NCBI GenBank assembly: GCA_007130045.1
Contig: SLTG01000094.1
Span: 590 to 64,589 of the forward strand
DNA: 64,000 nucleotides
Direction of reading: 5' to 3'
Origin: Opitutales bacterium
Lineage (GTDB): Bacteria; Verrucomicrobiota; Verrucomicrobiia; Opitutales; T3Sed10-336
Positions 18,521-29,905 of this stretch are shown here, piece after piece (the stretch's first letter is position 1; each line of letters opens with the position of its first letter). The position numbers and the translations under genes were made by a program. The notes under the pieces were generated by a model. That model was given only the letters and a program-made list of their open reading frames with translations. It was not told where the DNA came from and searched no databases.

Positions 18521-20124
18521 TGACGGATCTCGATCAAATTGACGCGCTATTCGTGGGCGCCGGACCTGCGAGCCTCGCCGGGGCGATTCGGCTGAAACAG
18601 CTTCTCAAGGAAAATGGCAGATCCGAATCGGTCGTGGTGATCGAGAAGGCCGGGAAACCCGGACGCCACAACCTCTCCGGCGCCGTCTTTGAGTCCGCCG
18701 TGCTCGACGAATTGCTGCCCGGCTGGAGGGAGAGCCGTGATCGCTTCGTGGTCCGGGCGCTTGCCAACGAGGTCGAGCGCGACGATCTGTACTATCTTCC
18801 GAACGCGCGAAACAGTATCCGAATTCCGGATGCGATCGTCCCGCGCGCGATGCGTCACAAAGGGGACCTCCTGGTTTCGGTCAGCGAGCTTGTCGGCTGG
18901 CTGGCCGGCGTCGCCGCGGATCAAGGTGTCGAGGTGTATCCGGGGTTCGCCGCCCGCGAGGTTCTGTTCGAGGATGACTGGGTGAAAGGAGTGCGCCTGG
19001 TGGACCGGGGGGTGGACCGGGAGGGCCGGCGGCAGTCGAACTTCGTCCCAGGCGAACGGCTTTCCGCAGGCGTCACGGTGCTGGGCGAAGGCTCGCTGGG
19101 CCCGCTGGCGGAACAGGTGATCCGGCGCTTCGAGCTGGACCGCGGACGGAACGCCCGGCTCGTTTCCCTGGGAGTGAAGGAGATCATACGACTGCCGGCC
19201 GGCAACACATTCGGTTCCAAGCGGGCGGTGCATTCGACGGGCTTTCCCAACCTGGGGACCTTTGGCGGGGGCACAATTTACAGTATGGGCGAGAACCTGG
19301 TGGCCGTGGCCCTTGTGCTCGGGCTCGATTGGAAATACGCCGATCTCAATCCGCACCATGAGCTGCAGGTTTTCAAATCGCACAAGCTTGTCCGCGAGTG
19401 GCTGGAAGGCGGGAAGGTTGTCGAATACGGCGCAAAGACCCTCCCGGAAGGGGGATACCACGCGGTTCCCGAACTGGCGACCAACGGGGCGCTGCTCATC
19501 GGTGACGATGCCGGGTTGACCAATGTCGAGAAACTCAAAGGCCTTCATTATGCGATCAAGTCCGGCATGCTCGCTGCCGAGGCGATCTATGCCGCCATCG
19601 AACGCGGGTCGTTAGCGCGCGATGAGCTTCGGAACTACGAATCCCTCCTTAACGAGAGCTTCGTGATGAAGGACCTGGCCGCCGCCCATAATTACCGCCA
19701 GGTATTTGCCAAGGCCGGTCCGCACCTTGGCGCTCCGTTGAGTCTCGTGCAACGATGGCTGCCGCGCCTTTCCAGCCGGCCGGATTCCGAGAGCCTGAAA
19801 CCCCGGCGCTTCAAAACGATTAAAGTCGATGGAGTGGATCGCCTCAGTGACGTCAGTTTCTCCGGAACTCATCACCGCGAAGAAGCGCCGTCGCACATCG
19901 TCGTCGCCGACACTGCTCTCTGCGCGGAGTGCAAAGCCAGGTTCGGGCTGTATCCGTGCGAAGCCTTCTGCCCGGGAGAGGTCTATTCGGCAATCAACGG
20001 GCGTCTGGTACTGAACCCGTCGAACTGCTTGCACTGTCAGACGTGCCGTGACAAGTGTCCCTACGAAAATGTCATATGGCAGGTCCCCGAAGGCGGCGAC
20101 GGACCGATGTACCGGTCGATGTAG
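18520..20124 (+). CDS. electron transfer flavoprotein-ubiquinone oxidoreductase (ETF-QO)
   Basis: It has an FAD motif (DALFVGAGPASLAGAIRL). The C-terminal 4Fe-4S region ends like ETF-QO (CPGEVY...NCLHCQTCRDKCPYENVIWQVPEGGDGPMYRSM). Its start overlaps the etf stop (TGATG). Confidence 0.85.
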   Translation: MTDLDQIDALFVGAGPASLAGAIRLKQLLKENGRSESVVVIEKAGKPGRHNLSGAVFESAVLDELLPGWRESRDRFVVRALANEVERDDLYYLPNARNSIRIPDAIVPRAMRHKGDLLVSVSELVGWLAGVAADQGVEVYPGFAAREVLFEDDWVKGVRLVDRGVDREGRRQSNFVPGERLSAGVTVLGEGSLGPLAEQVIRRFELDRGRNARLVSLGVKEIIRLPAGNTFGSKRAVHSTGFPNLGTFGGGTIYSMGENLVAVALVLGLDWKYADLNPHHELQVFKSHKLVREWLEGGKVVEYGAKTLPEGGYHAVPELATNGALLIGDDAGLTNVEKLKGLHYAIKSGMLAAEAIYAAIERGSLARDELRNYESLLNESFVMKDLAAAHNYRQVFAKAGPHLGAPLSLVQRWLPRLSSRPDSESLKPRRFKTIKVDGVDRLSDVSFSGTHHREEAPSHIVVADTALCAECKARFGLYPCEAFCPGEVYSAINGRLVLNPSNCLHCQTCRDKCPYENVIWQVPEGGDGPMYRSM

Positions 20125-20304
20125 TTCCGGGATCTCTGATGCCATGTAAGTAGTGCACGCATCTCACGTGCGAAACTCACGCCTCTGCTGATCCCGCAGT
20201 CGCGGGAGAAGTCCCGTGCTTGCCGGGAGAAGCGCGATCCACTTCTTTCAATGTGATTTTCAGAACTTGACTCAACTGTTCTTGCGACATGGGGGTTGGC
20301 AGCG

Positions 20305-21540
20305 TCAGTGACGTCGTCGTGTGCGGTCGCGGGAAAGGAAAGATGATGCGAAGAAGGAGAAGATCGTCAGCGTCAAAATGCAGACGAGTGCGCCGGCCAG
20401 GATGGTGTGGACCGGAACTTTCATGTCGAGCAGGAGGCCGAAAATCAGGGGGGCGAAAGCCGTGCTGAGTATCCCGATCATGCCGGCGATACTGCGGATT
20501 CCGCCGAGATTTTCGACGCCGTAGATCTCCGCCCATACCGCCGAACCGACGCTGCCGCCGATCCCCATGCTGAGACCGAGAAATATCAGGTACAGGTAAG
20601 CGGCCCATTCACCGGTACCGAACACCAGGAGGACGCCGGACATCAGAATCAAGATCATGTGGACGGGAAGAAGCCGCACGGCGCTAAGCCGGTCAATCCA
20701 CGGGCCGGCCCCAAGCGCGGTGATCGCCCGCGTCCCTGCGAAAGCGGCGAAGGCGATCGCAAAGACATGCTCTCCCCATCCGCGATTCTCCGCAATCACA
20801 GCCTGGTAAAATATGAAGCCGGTGCTGAAGAATCCAATGGGGATGAGAGTTGAAAGAAGCAGGTAGAACCGGTAATCGAGTAGAAGATTTCGCGCCCGCC
20901 ATTTCGAGGGGGACGATTCGGAATCGCTTTTGTCGATACGCGGGAGAACGTCCTCCACGCGGCTGCTTCTGACGATCAGGAGATAGGAGAGGGGTACGAG
21001 CACGACAGCGATCAAAACCGCGGAAACGCCCCAGGAAATCCGCCACCCGAAGTAGATGAGCGACAGCGTCGCGAGGGTGGGGAGGATCATCTCGCTGAGC
21101 GGGAAACCCGTTCCGGCAATCGCGACGGCCTTACCCCGATTCCGGACGAAAGACCGGCTGGTGGTCGTCATGGCGATATGCCCGCACAACCCCTGCCCGA
21201 GATGACGCAGGGCAAGGAGCGCGATGAAGAAAACCGTCCAGTGCGGGGCGACGGCCACGAGGGCCGCGGCAAGCGCCAGCGCGCAGGCCACCGCAAGGGT
21301 GTAATTTGCGAGGGGAATACGGTCGATTTGGCGTCCGGTCCATGGCAAAAGCAGTGCGCTGAACACTGTGGCGACGCCGTACATGACCCCGAGATTCCCC
21401 TCGGTCAGATCGAATGCCCTTGCGAAATCGAGAAGAAAAATCGAGAGCAGAAAGGTTTGGCCGAAACTTGAGAAAAAAGTCAACAGGACGGAAAAGGTCA
21501 GGATCCGCCGGTATTTGATGAAGAAACCGAGATAGGTCAT
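20305..21540 (-). CDS. MFS transporter
   Basis: About 12 hydrophobic helices are present, with a typical MFS loop after TM2 (LLLPWTGRQIDR). I place the start at MTYLGF; the track start at 21570 is the alternative. Confidence 0.75.
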   Translation of the reverse strand: MTYLGFFIKYRRILTFSVLLTFFSSFGQTFLLSIFLLDFARAFDLTEGNLGVMYGVATVFSALLLPWTGRQIDRIPLANYTLAVACALALAAALVAVAPHWTVFFIALLALRHLGQGLCGHIAMTTTSRSFVRNRGKAVAIAGTGFPLSEMILPTLATLSLIYFGWRISWGVSAVLIAVVLVPLSYLLIVRSSRVEDVLPRIDKSDSESSPSKWRARNLLLDYRFYLLLSTLIPIGFFSTGFIFYQAVIAENRGWGEHVFAIAFAAFAGTRAITALGAGPWIDRLSAVRLLPVHMILILMSGVLLVFGTGEWAAYLYLIFLGLSMGIGGSVGSAVWAEIYGVENLGGIRSIAGMIGILSTAFAPLIFGLLLDMKVPVHTILAGALVCILTLTIFSFFASSFLSRDRTRRRH

Positions 21541-21789
21541 GAAATCGGGAAAAGTCGTTGAATCCACCAAAGAACGGAATCCAGTGCAAGCCGATCTCTT
21601 CCGGCGCGCGGGGGGTGATACCCGAAACGAGCGAAGGCGTTCCGACGGACAGAGATCAACGTTCGGTATCTCCAGTATTGAATTTGAAACTTACCTGGCC
21701 CGGGTTTTGAACCGCGGTCTTCCCTTCGGTTGCGTCGCGGTGATTCCATCGGCCGCGCTGTCGGGAACAGGCGGGATCAAGCGCGAAAG

Positions 21790-22932
21790 TTAAAACGGAA
21801 GGGGAATCCGAAGGCGCTTGGCCGATATTCCCAACTCGGCGAGTTTCTCGTCGAGGTTTCCCGTATCGATCGTTCCGGCGAGTTGGCCGCCCCGGTAGAC
21901 CGGGAAGATTTTCTTCTTGTTTCGCGCGAGCATCTCGTAAAAGAGTTCGAGCGGCCACTCTGCCTGGAGGATCGAGATGTTGCGCTCGCAATGCCGTCCG
22001 ACCGGATCGGTGTGGAGAAACGTTTCTTCGCGAAGGGTTTCGGCGTGACCGCGGGTAAGCATTCCGAAAAGAGAGCCGTTCTCTACGAGAAGGAGAGTAC
22101 CCAGATTCTCACCCTCGATTATCCGCAGCGCGTTGCGAACGGATTCGTCGGGCCGGATGACGGAAAAGTCGGTTTCGATGAGATCGCCGATGCAGAAATC
22201 CTTGAGTGTTTCATTCCTTTCAACCATGCGGTACTCTATGTTGCCGACGATAAATATGAAGGCGAGGAGGCTTGCGAGGAGCAACTGCGGCGGTCCGGCG
22301 AAGAGGGCCAGGATGATGCCGATCGTGGCCAGAATTTTCGAGACGAATGCCGCCACGCCGGTGGCCTTCAGGTAGGAGAGCCTGCAGGTCAGAAACGCGC
22401 GGAGCATGCGCCCGCCGTCCATGGGAAATATCGGCAGGAGATTGAATAATCCCATGATCAGGTTCACCACAAGGACTCCCTGAAAAAGCGTGAGCCAGCC
22501 GTTCGGCCAGCCCGTTTGAAGAAGCTCGACGGGCGGCCCGGTGAACATGAACAGGAAGCCGGCCAGAACGAAGTTCACCAGCGGACCCGCGGCGGCGATT
22601 ATAAGCTCTTTATGGGCCTCGCGCGGAACGCTTTGGAACTGTGCCATTCCGCCGATCGGCAGCAGAAGGATGCGAATCACCTCGATTCCGTAATGCTGGG
22701 CGGCGACGCTGTGCCCCAACTCGTGCAGTACGACGCACGTGAATATCGCGGCAAGAAAAAGCAGGCTCCAGAAAACGCCCGTGGCGCCGTCGGTTTCCCA
22801 GCCCACGGAGCAAAACACGGCCACGAGGATCAGAAACGTCGCGTGTACCTCCAGGCGGATCCCGAAGACCGAAAACATGTGAATTGACCAGGACCGCATG
22901 ATCGAGTTAAACAGGTGGTTTCTTCTGCGCAT
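21790..22932 (-). CDS. M50 site-2 protease family metalloprotease with a C-terminal CBS pair
   Basis: HELGHS (HExxH) lies in a TM helix. The second motif [11 protein letters not shown] is present. The C-terminal ~130 aa have CBS-like repeats. The start is probably internal (22899 or 22878), because 22932 lies only 5 nt from the divergent NtrC start. Confidence 0.8.
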   Translation of the reverse strand: MRRRNHLFNSIMRSWSIHMFSVFGIRLEVHATFLILVAVFCSVGWETDGATGVFWSLLFLAAIFTCVVLHELGHSVAAQHYGIEVIRILLLPIGGMAQFQSVPREAHKELIIAAAGPLVNFVLAGFLFMFTGPPVELLQTGWPNGWLTLFQGVLVVNLIMGLFNLLPIFPMDGGRMLRAFLTCRLSYLKATGVAAFVSKILATIGIILALFAGPPQLLLASLLAFIFIVGNIEYRMVERNETLKDFCIGDLIETDFSVIRPDESVRNALRIIEGENLGTLLLVENGSLFGMLTRGHAETLREETFLHTDPVGRHCERNISILQAEWPLELFYEMLARNKKKIFPVYRGGQLAGTIDTGNLDEKLAELGISAKRLRIPLPF

Positions 22933-22937
22933 TCATA

Positions 22938-24476
<1,539 letters not shown>

Positions 24477-24685
24477 AACGGTCACGATCTCGCAAAAGGC
24501 GACTGCGCTGATCCCCGCGGCACGATGAAACAGGCGCGTTTCCGTTTGTGGGGACAATTGATGACAATCGATGGAAAACAAGATTGGATTCAGCAAAAAC
24601 CTTGCGGTTTTCGTCCACCCCACCAGCATGGACCCGCGAAGCTCGATGCTGGAATGTTCCTTTTACGGGAGTGGATGAACGACTG

Positions 24686-26440
24686 ATGAGGTTTAAAAAC
24701 GTATTCTGCGGGTTCTGGATTTTAACAGGGTTGCTCACCGGCACGGCCCTGGCCTCACAGGATGAGGGCATGCCGGATTCGGAGGAAGCCGGTGAGGAAT
24801 CCAGGCTTCCTTTCGAGTTGCCCGACTTTGGATTCCTGGCGGATACCGAGGACGCATTGATCCCGGTGTTGCGAACTCTGATTATTCGTCCCGCCGATGC
24901 GGAGGAGATAAGGGTACTCCCGGCGGAGATCGCCGGGATCGTTTATATTTCAGGGCTTCCGCTCCTCGATACGCCGTCCTTTCGCAGGAAGGCGTTGAAC
25001 CACCTCGGGAAACCGCTCACCGAAGACTCGCTGGAGGCTTTGATTGAAGACATTGTATTTACGTACCGTAAGAACCGGAGGCCGGTGGTGGATGTGACGG
25101 TTCCGGACCTCGACCTCCCCGAGGGACGTTTCGTTATCGAGGTTCAGGAGCATACGGTCGGGCAGGTCCGCGTTTCGGGAAATCAGTGGTTTCGGCGGGC
25201 GATTTTCGCGAACAAGACGAGATTCATCAGAGGAGACGAGATCGATTCGGTGATGCTCCAGGAAGACCTGGACTGGATGAACCGCAATCCGTTCCGCGAG
25301 GTGTCCCTTGCCTATGTTTCCGGGAGCCGACCCGGGGAGACGGATCTCTTGTTCGAGGTGGACGATCGCTTTCCGTTTCAGGTTTACGGCGGATTTGAGA
25401 ACACCGGGAACGAGATTACCGGTGAAGAGCGATTCATTGCCGGGTTTAACTGGGGCCACGTTCTCGCCCTGGATCAGGAACTTAATTACCAGTTTCGCAC
25501 CGGACGTTATTTTGATCACGTTTACGGACATTCCGCGAGCTACGTCATTCCCCTGCCGTTTCGCCATGAATTGACGGTTTTCGGGGATTACGCGGAAAGT
25601 GAGGTCGAGATCGGAGGGGAGGACGTGAAAGGCGAAACCCTGGATGCCGGCTTGCGTTACGCGATTTTCATGGTGGGCTGGGAGAATCCGCGGTACGGGT
25701 TGCGACTCGCGCAGCAGTTTACGTTGGGAGCGGATTTCAAACGCGCGGAAAACGCCTTTGAGCTGGGTCGGGCGCAGGTATTCGATCCTGCGACCGAAAT
25801 CATCCAAGGCATGGCGCGGTATGACGCGAGGTTGAGGGATCCCTTTGGAACGACCGTGTTCAACGCAAGCGTCTTTTACAGTCCGGGGAATTTCCTGAGC
25901 GAACGCAATCGCGACCGCGTGTTCAAGGAGGCGCGGCCCGGATCGAAGTCGCGGTATTATTACACGCGCGTCGGCCTGGACCGGGAATCGACGCTGGTTC
26001 ACGGATTTCAGTTGGGAATGCGCGGGCAATACCAGTTCTCCAATCGCAATCTGCTTCCAAGCGAACAGCTCGGGGTCGGCGGCCATGCAAGCGTCCGTGG
26101 ATACGAAGAACGTGCGGCGAGCGGGGATAATGCTTATCTGTTGAGCGCCGAACTGAGGACTCCGGAGTTCAACTTAAGCGAAATCACGCGATTGGGGCGG
26201 CCGGGGCGCGACCGTTGGCAGCTTCTTGGATTTCTGGACTATGGAATGGCGCAGATCAAGGATCGCGAATTCGACGAACCCGGACGGACGCATCTCATGG
26301 GCGCGGGTCCCGGCCTTCGAATGCGGATCGGGGACAATTTTTTCCTGCGGTTTGATTACGGTTGGCAGATCCGCGACGATGCAGTGGATGACGACTCACG
26401 GGATCACAGGGCTCATGCCGCGGTGATCCTGAGTTATTAG
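24686..26440 (+). CDS. ShlB/FhaC/HecB-family outer membrane transporter (TpsB of two-partner secretion)
   Basis: A signal peptide is present (MRFKNVFCGFWILTGLLTGTALASQ). POTRA-like sequence follows (FVIEVQEHTVGQVRVSGNQWF...LQEDLDWMNRNPFREV). Then comes a barrel with GGFENTGNEITGEERF and alternating beta-strand patterns. Confidence 0.75.
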   Translation: MRFKNVFCGFWILTGLLTGTALASQDEGMPDSEEAGEESRLPFELPDFGFLADTEDALIPVLRTLIIRPADAEEIRVLPAEIAGIVYISGLPLLDTPSFRRKALNHLGKPLTEDSLEALIEDIVFTYRKNRRPVVDVTVPDLDLPEGRFVIEVQEHTVGQVRVSGNQWFRRAIFANKTRFIRGDEIDSVMLQEDLDWMNRNPFREVSLAYVSGSRPGETDLLFEVDDRFPFQVYGGFENTGNEITGEERFIAGFNWGHVLALDQELNYQFRTGRYFDHVYGHSASYVIPLPFRHELTVFGDYAESEVEIGGEDVKGETLDAGLRYAIFMVGWENPRYGLRLAQQFTLGADFKRAENAFELGRAQVFDPATEIIQGMARYDARLRDPFGTTVFNASVFYSPGNFLSERNRDRVFKEARPGSKSRYYYTRVGLDRESTLVHGFQLGMRGQYQFSNRNLLPSEQLGVGGHASVRGYEERAASGDNAYLLSAELRTPEFNLSEITRLGRPGRDRWQLLGFLDYGMAQIKDREFDEPGRTHLMGAGPGLRMRIGDNFFLRFDYGWQIRDDAVDDDSRDHRAHAAVILSY

Positions 26441-26475
26441 TGTAGCCCTGCCGGAGAAGCCCGACAGACTCTCTC

Positions 26476-26513
26476 CCGCCCCTTCCTCGAAGGGCCGGGA
26501 ACGACGGGGGCGG
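26476..26513. terminator. nested hairpin between convergent genes (outer stem CCGCCCC/GGGGCGG, inner stem CCTTC/GAAGG)
   Basis: The inverted repeats are visible in the sequence. The hairpin sits between the TpsB stop (26440) and the stop of the minus-strand gene (26514). There is no T-run. Confidence 0.3.
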
Positions 26514-26780
26514 TCATTCGTCCTGCTCGGCCGCCTTGCGTTTCCGTTCGTCGAACACGATGGATTTAAACATCTGCAGGGCAATCCAGGCCACAGCGGT
26601 CATTCCCGCGGCGCCGATGAACGCCCAGATGGAAATCCAGGTGCTGTCGAAACCGGGCACCGTCGGTCTCAGCGCAAAGAAACTGATGAGGAAAAACGGC
26701 ACGAGAAAGAAAAAATCACGGAACGTCATGGATGTGGTGTGTTCGGGTTCGATAAATCGATCAATCTGAAAGGAAGTCAA
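26514..26780 (-). CDS. small hypothetical membrane protein (2 TM helices)
   Basis: It has two hydrophobic helices (FFFLVPFFLISFFAL, WISIWAFIGAAGMTAVAWIAL) and a charged tail. I recognise no family motif. Confidence 0.45.
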   Translation of the reverse strand: MTSFQIDRFIEPEHTTSMTFRDFFFLVPFFLISFFALRPTVPGFDSTWISIWAFIGAAGMTAVAWIALQMFKSIVFDERKRKAAEQDE

Positions 26781-27178
26781 CTAAATCGATGCCGCCTTCC
26801 GTGCCAATCGAAAAAAGCAAAAAGAAAGGACGGGTATGGTCGGGGAGAATCGGCATGGCGAAACTGCTCGGACGGATGGACGGGTGTTACGTTCCGAATA
26901 GGATGCTACGCGGAATGGCACTCGGTTAGGGCGGTGGATCGTTTGAAAATCCAAATCGGGATCGGGATCGCCGACTGCGGGACCCGCCGGTTTAGGCATT
27001 GCCGGATTTCGGTGAAAAAGCTAGAGTTTTTCAAAATTCAAGAACCGGCGAGAGTATTGAAATGAGCAAAAATACGGGAAAAGCGGAAGAAACGGGCCGT
27101 CAACCCTTCCACCCCGAGCGGGCTATGAGGCGCCGGATGAAGTGTTGTCGTTTTAGGAAGGAAGCGACTGTTTGACCG

Positions 27179-27817
27179 ATGGCGACGGGAGTGAAAGTGA
27201 AGGTCTGTGGGATCACCCGCAGCGAGGATGCGACGGTGGCTGCCGGGGCGGGGGCGGATTATCTCGGGTTCATTTTTTATACGAAATCGCCGCGTGCGAT
27301 TTCCTCGGAACGGTTCGAAGCGCTTCGCGCCGGGCTGCCCGCGATTCCGCTGGTATACGTTGAGGTGACTCCAAGTCCGGACGCGCTCCGGTGGGCGCGT
27401 GAGTCCGGGTTCAGTTGCTTTCAGGTCCATTTTCCCGGGGATTATCCGATTGAAGAGTTGGAGGCGTGGAGCGAGGAGGCAGGCGCGGAAAACCTGTGGC
27501 TTGCGCCCAGAAGACGGCCGGGAGAGCCGTTTCCGGAAGTGTTGCTCCCGTTGGCGGGAACGTTTCTTGTCGATACCTACAAGGCGGAAGGCTTCGGCGG
27601 TTCCGGCGAGACCGGAGATTGGGAGGAATTCCGGCGCCTGGCGGACCGGTTTCCCGAGAAAAACTGGATTCTGGCCGGAGGGCTGAATCCGGACAACATC
27701 GCGGAAGCCGTTCGCCGATCCGGCGCCCGGACGGTCGACGTCAACAGCGGGCTGGAATCGTCGCCGGGCCGAAAGGATGCCGGCCGGATCCGGAAACTGT
27801 TCGCTGAGTTGGGATAA
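27179..27817 (+). CDS. trpF: phosphoribosylanthranilate isomerase
   Basis: The N-terminus VKVCGITRSEDA and the segment ADYLGFIFYTKSPR are typical of TrpF. The length is 212 aa. No other trp genes are adjacent. Confidence 0.85.
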   Translation: MATGVKVKVCGITRSEDATVAAGAGADYLGFIFYTKSPRAISSERFEALRAGLPAIPLVYVEVTPSPDALRWARESGFSCFQVHFPGDYPIEELEAWSEEAGAENLWLAPRRRPGEPFPEVLLPLAGTFLVDTYKAEGFGGSGETGDWEEFRRLADRFPEKNWILAGGLNPDNIAEAVRRSGARTVDVNSGLESSPGRKDAGRIRKLFAELG

Positions 27818-27901
27818 CCGGGGCCGGTTGATCCGGCGCGCCTCGAAAAGGCTGCATGCACGGCGGTTATTCGAGCGGAGGCGCGCAGCACGTGACGGAT
27901 T

Positions 27902-28150
27902 CTACTGCTTCTCGTACTCCCCGGATGAGATTTTCTTCAGGACCGTGAAACCTGCATTCTTGGCCTCGCTCACTGAAGGTTTCCGGGAATACCTGGGCGT
28001 GTTGACCGCGTCCGGCAGCAGCGCCGTCACCGGCAGTCCGCATTTTTCACAATGGGAGAGGCGCGGATCCGCGCTTTTCTCCCACCGTTCGAATCCCTCC
28101 CCGCAGATGCGGCAGGGAACTTTGCCTGGACGATAGAAATAGAGCGGCAT
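27902..28150 (-). CDS. FmdB-family zinc-ribbon protein
   Basis: The N-terminus reads MPLYFYRPGKVPCRICGEGFE...HCEKCG, giving paired CxxC motifs with the typical M-P-x-Y-x-Y start. I place the start at the internal Met (28150). Confidence 0.65.
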   Translation of the reverse strand: MPLYFYRPGKVPCRICGEGFERWEKSADPRLSHCEKCGLPVTALLPDAVNTPRYSRKPSVSEAKNAGFTVLKKISSGEYEKQ

Positions 28151-28166
28151 AGAGCATGTGCTCCGT

Positions 28167-29840
28167 TTACCGGACCGGTTGTGTCTGGCGAGGCATCGCC
28201 CGGTCCATAATTTCATTGATCGCGAAATGCCCCGAAACATTCGCCGACAGGGTTCTTGTCCGTTCGAACGTTCGTGCGAAGTCCTCGTGGGTCTCGTCGA
28301 TTTCCGGGACTTCCCGGTTCAGGACGTGTATGAAATGAGCCTGATTATCGCTTTGCACCATGCGTGAAACCTGGCCGGAGCGCAGGTCATGGAGGCGCTC
28401 CAACAGCGTCCAATCCAGATCCCGAGGAGGATTTTCACGAGCAAACGGTTCAAAGAGTCGAACACCCAGTCCGAGCTCTTCGGCAACCTCGTCGAAAGAT
28501 TCCCCGTCTTCAACACGTTGTGTGAAAGTCTCGTACAGCTCGTTCCCGCGTTCGGCGCGCATGCGCCGCCTTTCCTCAGCGCGGAGATCGCCCGCCACCC
28601 GATCGCGTACGTCTTCGAAGGGCGGAATGAAGGCCGGCTCGATGTCTTCAAGAAAGAGGACTATAAAATTCTCCTCGAAGCGATGAGGATCCGAGAAATA
28701 GCGATTTTCATTCAGACGCTGAATCGCGCGGACGATTTCTTCGGAAAAGTTGACGTCCGCCGGACGCTCACCTTCGGGGAACGGTTGGACGGATTCATGA
28801 CGAAGATTGTGTTCGGCGATCTTTTCCGCCAGCTCATCGGAGTTCATCGAAATCTCTTCCTCGAAGAGGGCGAAGGTGAAATCGGACGCGGCCTGCTCCG
28901 CGACACGGCGGGCCGCGCGACGTTTCAGAATCAACGCGACCTCCTGTTCCACATCCGTGAATTCAACTTCACGGGGTTCGGATTCTTCCGGTTCTTCATC
29001 GCCTGCATTTTCGACGGGCTCTTCGATCACCTCTTCCGGAGGGGCGAAATCTCCACGGTTGGCTTCAAAGTATTCCCGCATTTCCTCCTCTGTCGGCGCG
29101 TCAACCTCGTCGAGGTAATCGTCGATAGCGAACACGACATAGGACACGAACTTTCTCGGAGCGACTTCGTAGCGGAAGTCATTCTCTTCATAAAAATGTC
29201 GCAGATCCTCTTCATCGAATTCCACTTCGACGTCGAGATCCTCCATCGGCAGCGTAGCGACCTCGATCGTCCACTCGGTCTTCTGGCGGGCGAGTTGCCT
29301 CCTGACCTCATGAGGGACCGCGTAACCGGGGCCCGAGAGCAGTTCGCGCACCTTCGCAACGATGTAATCCTCTTCGAAGACACGGCCCAAGTCGCCGGTG
29401 GTGAGTTGCGGATGGGCTTCGACAAAGTCGATGTACTCGAGGTAGGATTGCTGGTCAAAACGTCCGTCCGGCCCGCGGAAACCCGGCAAAGTCCGGATGT
29501 ACTGCCTGAGTTCCTCGTCGGTTGGAGGCGGAATGCCGAGTTCCCTGCCGGTACCGAGGTAGGCCAGACGTTCGAGAGCGTACTGGCTCAATTGTTGGCC
29601 GGCCTCCTGTCCGTAATTCGCGTAGAAACTGATTCCCGCGAGCCGCCCAATCTCCTGTTGATCGAGATGAGACCTGAGGTTGTACCCGTAATACTCCTGT
29701 ATTTCGGCGCGGGGACCGGCTCGTCCCATCCCGGGAACATCGCCGACCGTGAAGACGAAAGCGACGATAATGACGATGAGGACCACGAAGAAAAGAATTT
29801 TGTAGCCTGTTTGGAAGCGGGTTTGAAGCCAGGTGATCAT
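28167..29840 (-). CDS. PpiD-like periplasmic chaperone (membrane-anchored, SurA-N-like domain)
   Basis: The N-terminus MITWLQTRFQTGYKILFFVVLIVIIVAFVF is typical of PpiD, and a long acidic periplasmic region follows. I could not identify a clear parvulin motif by eye. Confidence 0.6.
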   Translation of the reverse strand: MITWLQTRFQTGYKILFFVVLIVIIVAFVFTVGDVPGMGRAGPRAEIQEYYGYNLRSHLDQQEIGRLAGISFYANYGQEAGQQLSQYALERLAYLGTGRELGIPPPTDEELRQYIRTLPGFRGPDGRFDQQSYLEYIDFVEAHPQLTTGDLGRVFEEDYIVAKVRELLSGPGYAVPHEVRRQLARQKTEWTIEVATLPMEDLDVEVEFDEEDLRHFYEENDFRYEVAPRKFVSYVVFAIDDYLDEVDAPTEEEMREYFEANRGDFAPPEEVIEEPVENAGDEEPEESEPREVEFTDVEQEVALILKRRAARRVAEQAASDFTFALFEEEISMNSDELAEKIAEHNLRHESVQPFPEGERPADVNFSEEIVRAIQRLNENRYFSDPHRFEENFIVLFLEDIEPAFIPPFEDVRDRVAGDLRAEERRRMRAERGNELYETFTQRVEDGESFDEVAEELGLGVRLFEPFARENPPRDLDWTLLERLHDLRSGQVSRMVQSDNQAHFIHVLNREVPEIDETHEDFARTFERTRTLSANVSGHFAINEIMDRAMPRQTQPVR

Positions 29841-29905
29841 GGATCAAAGATGGGTGCGAATTGGTTGTGCAAAGATACGAAAATGTAAGCGCAGCGGGGC
29901 TGGTG

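Noticed and set aside
20177-20290. 37-codon ORF (MSQEQLSQVLKITLKEVDRASPGKHGTSPATAGSAEA) 14 nt downstream of the MFS gene.
   Set aside because: There is no recognisable family, no obvious ribosome-binding site and no supporting context. It cannot be supported from sequence alone.
24650-24666. Sigma-54-like element TGGAAT-GTTCC-TTTTA upstream of the TpsB gene, next to the NtrC-family activator.
   Set aside because: It keeps the GG but lacks the conserved GC of the -12 element (TTGCW) and the CAC of TGGCAC. The match is too weak to call. Other TGGCAC occurrences (for example 15873, 57493) lie inside coding regions and lack a proper -12 box.
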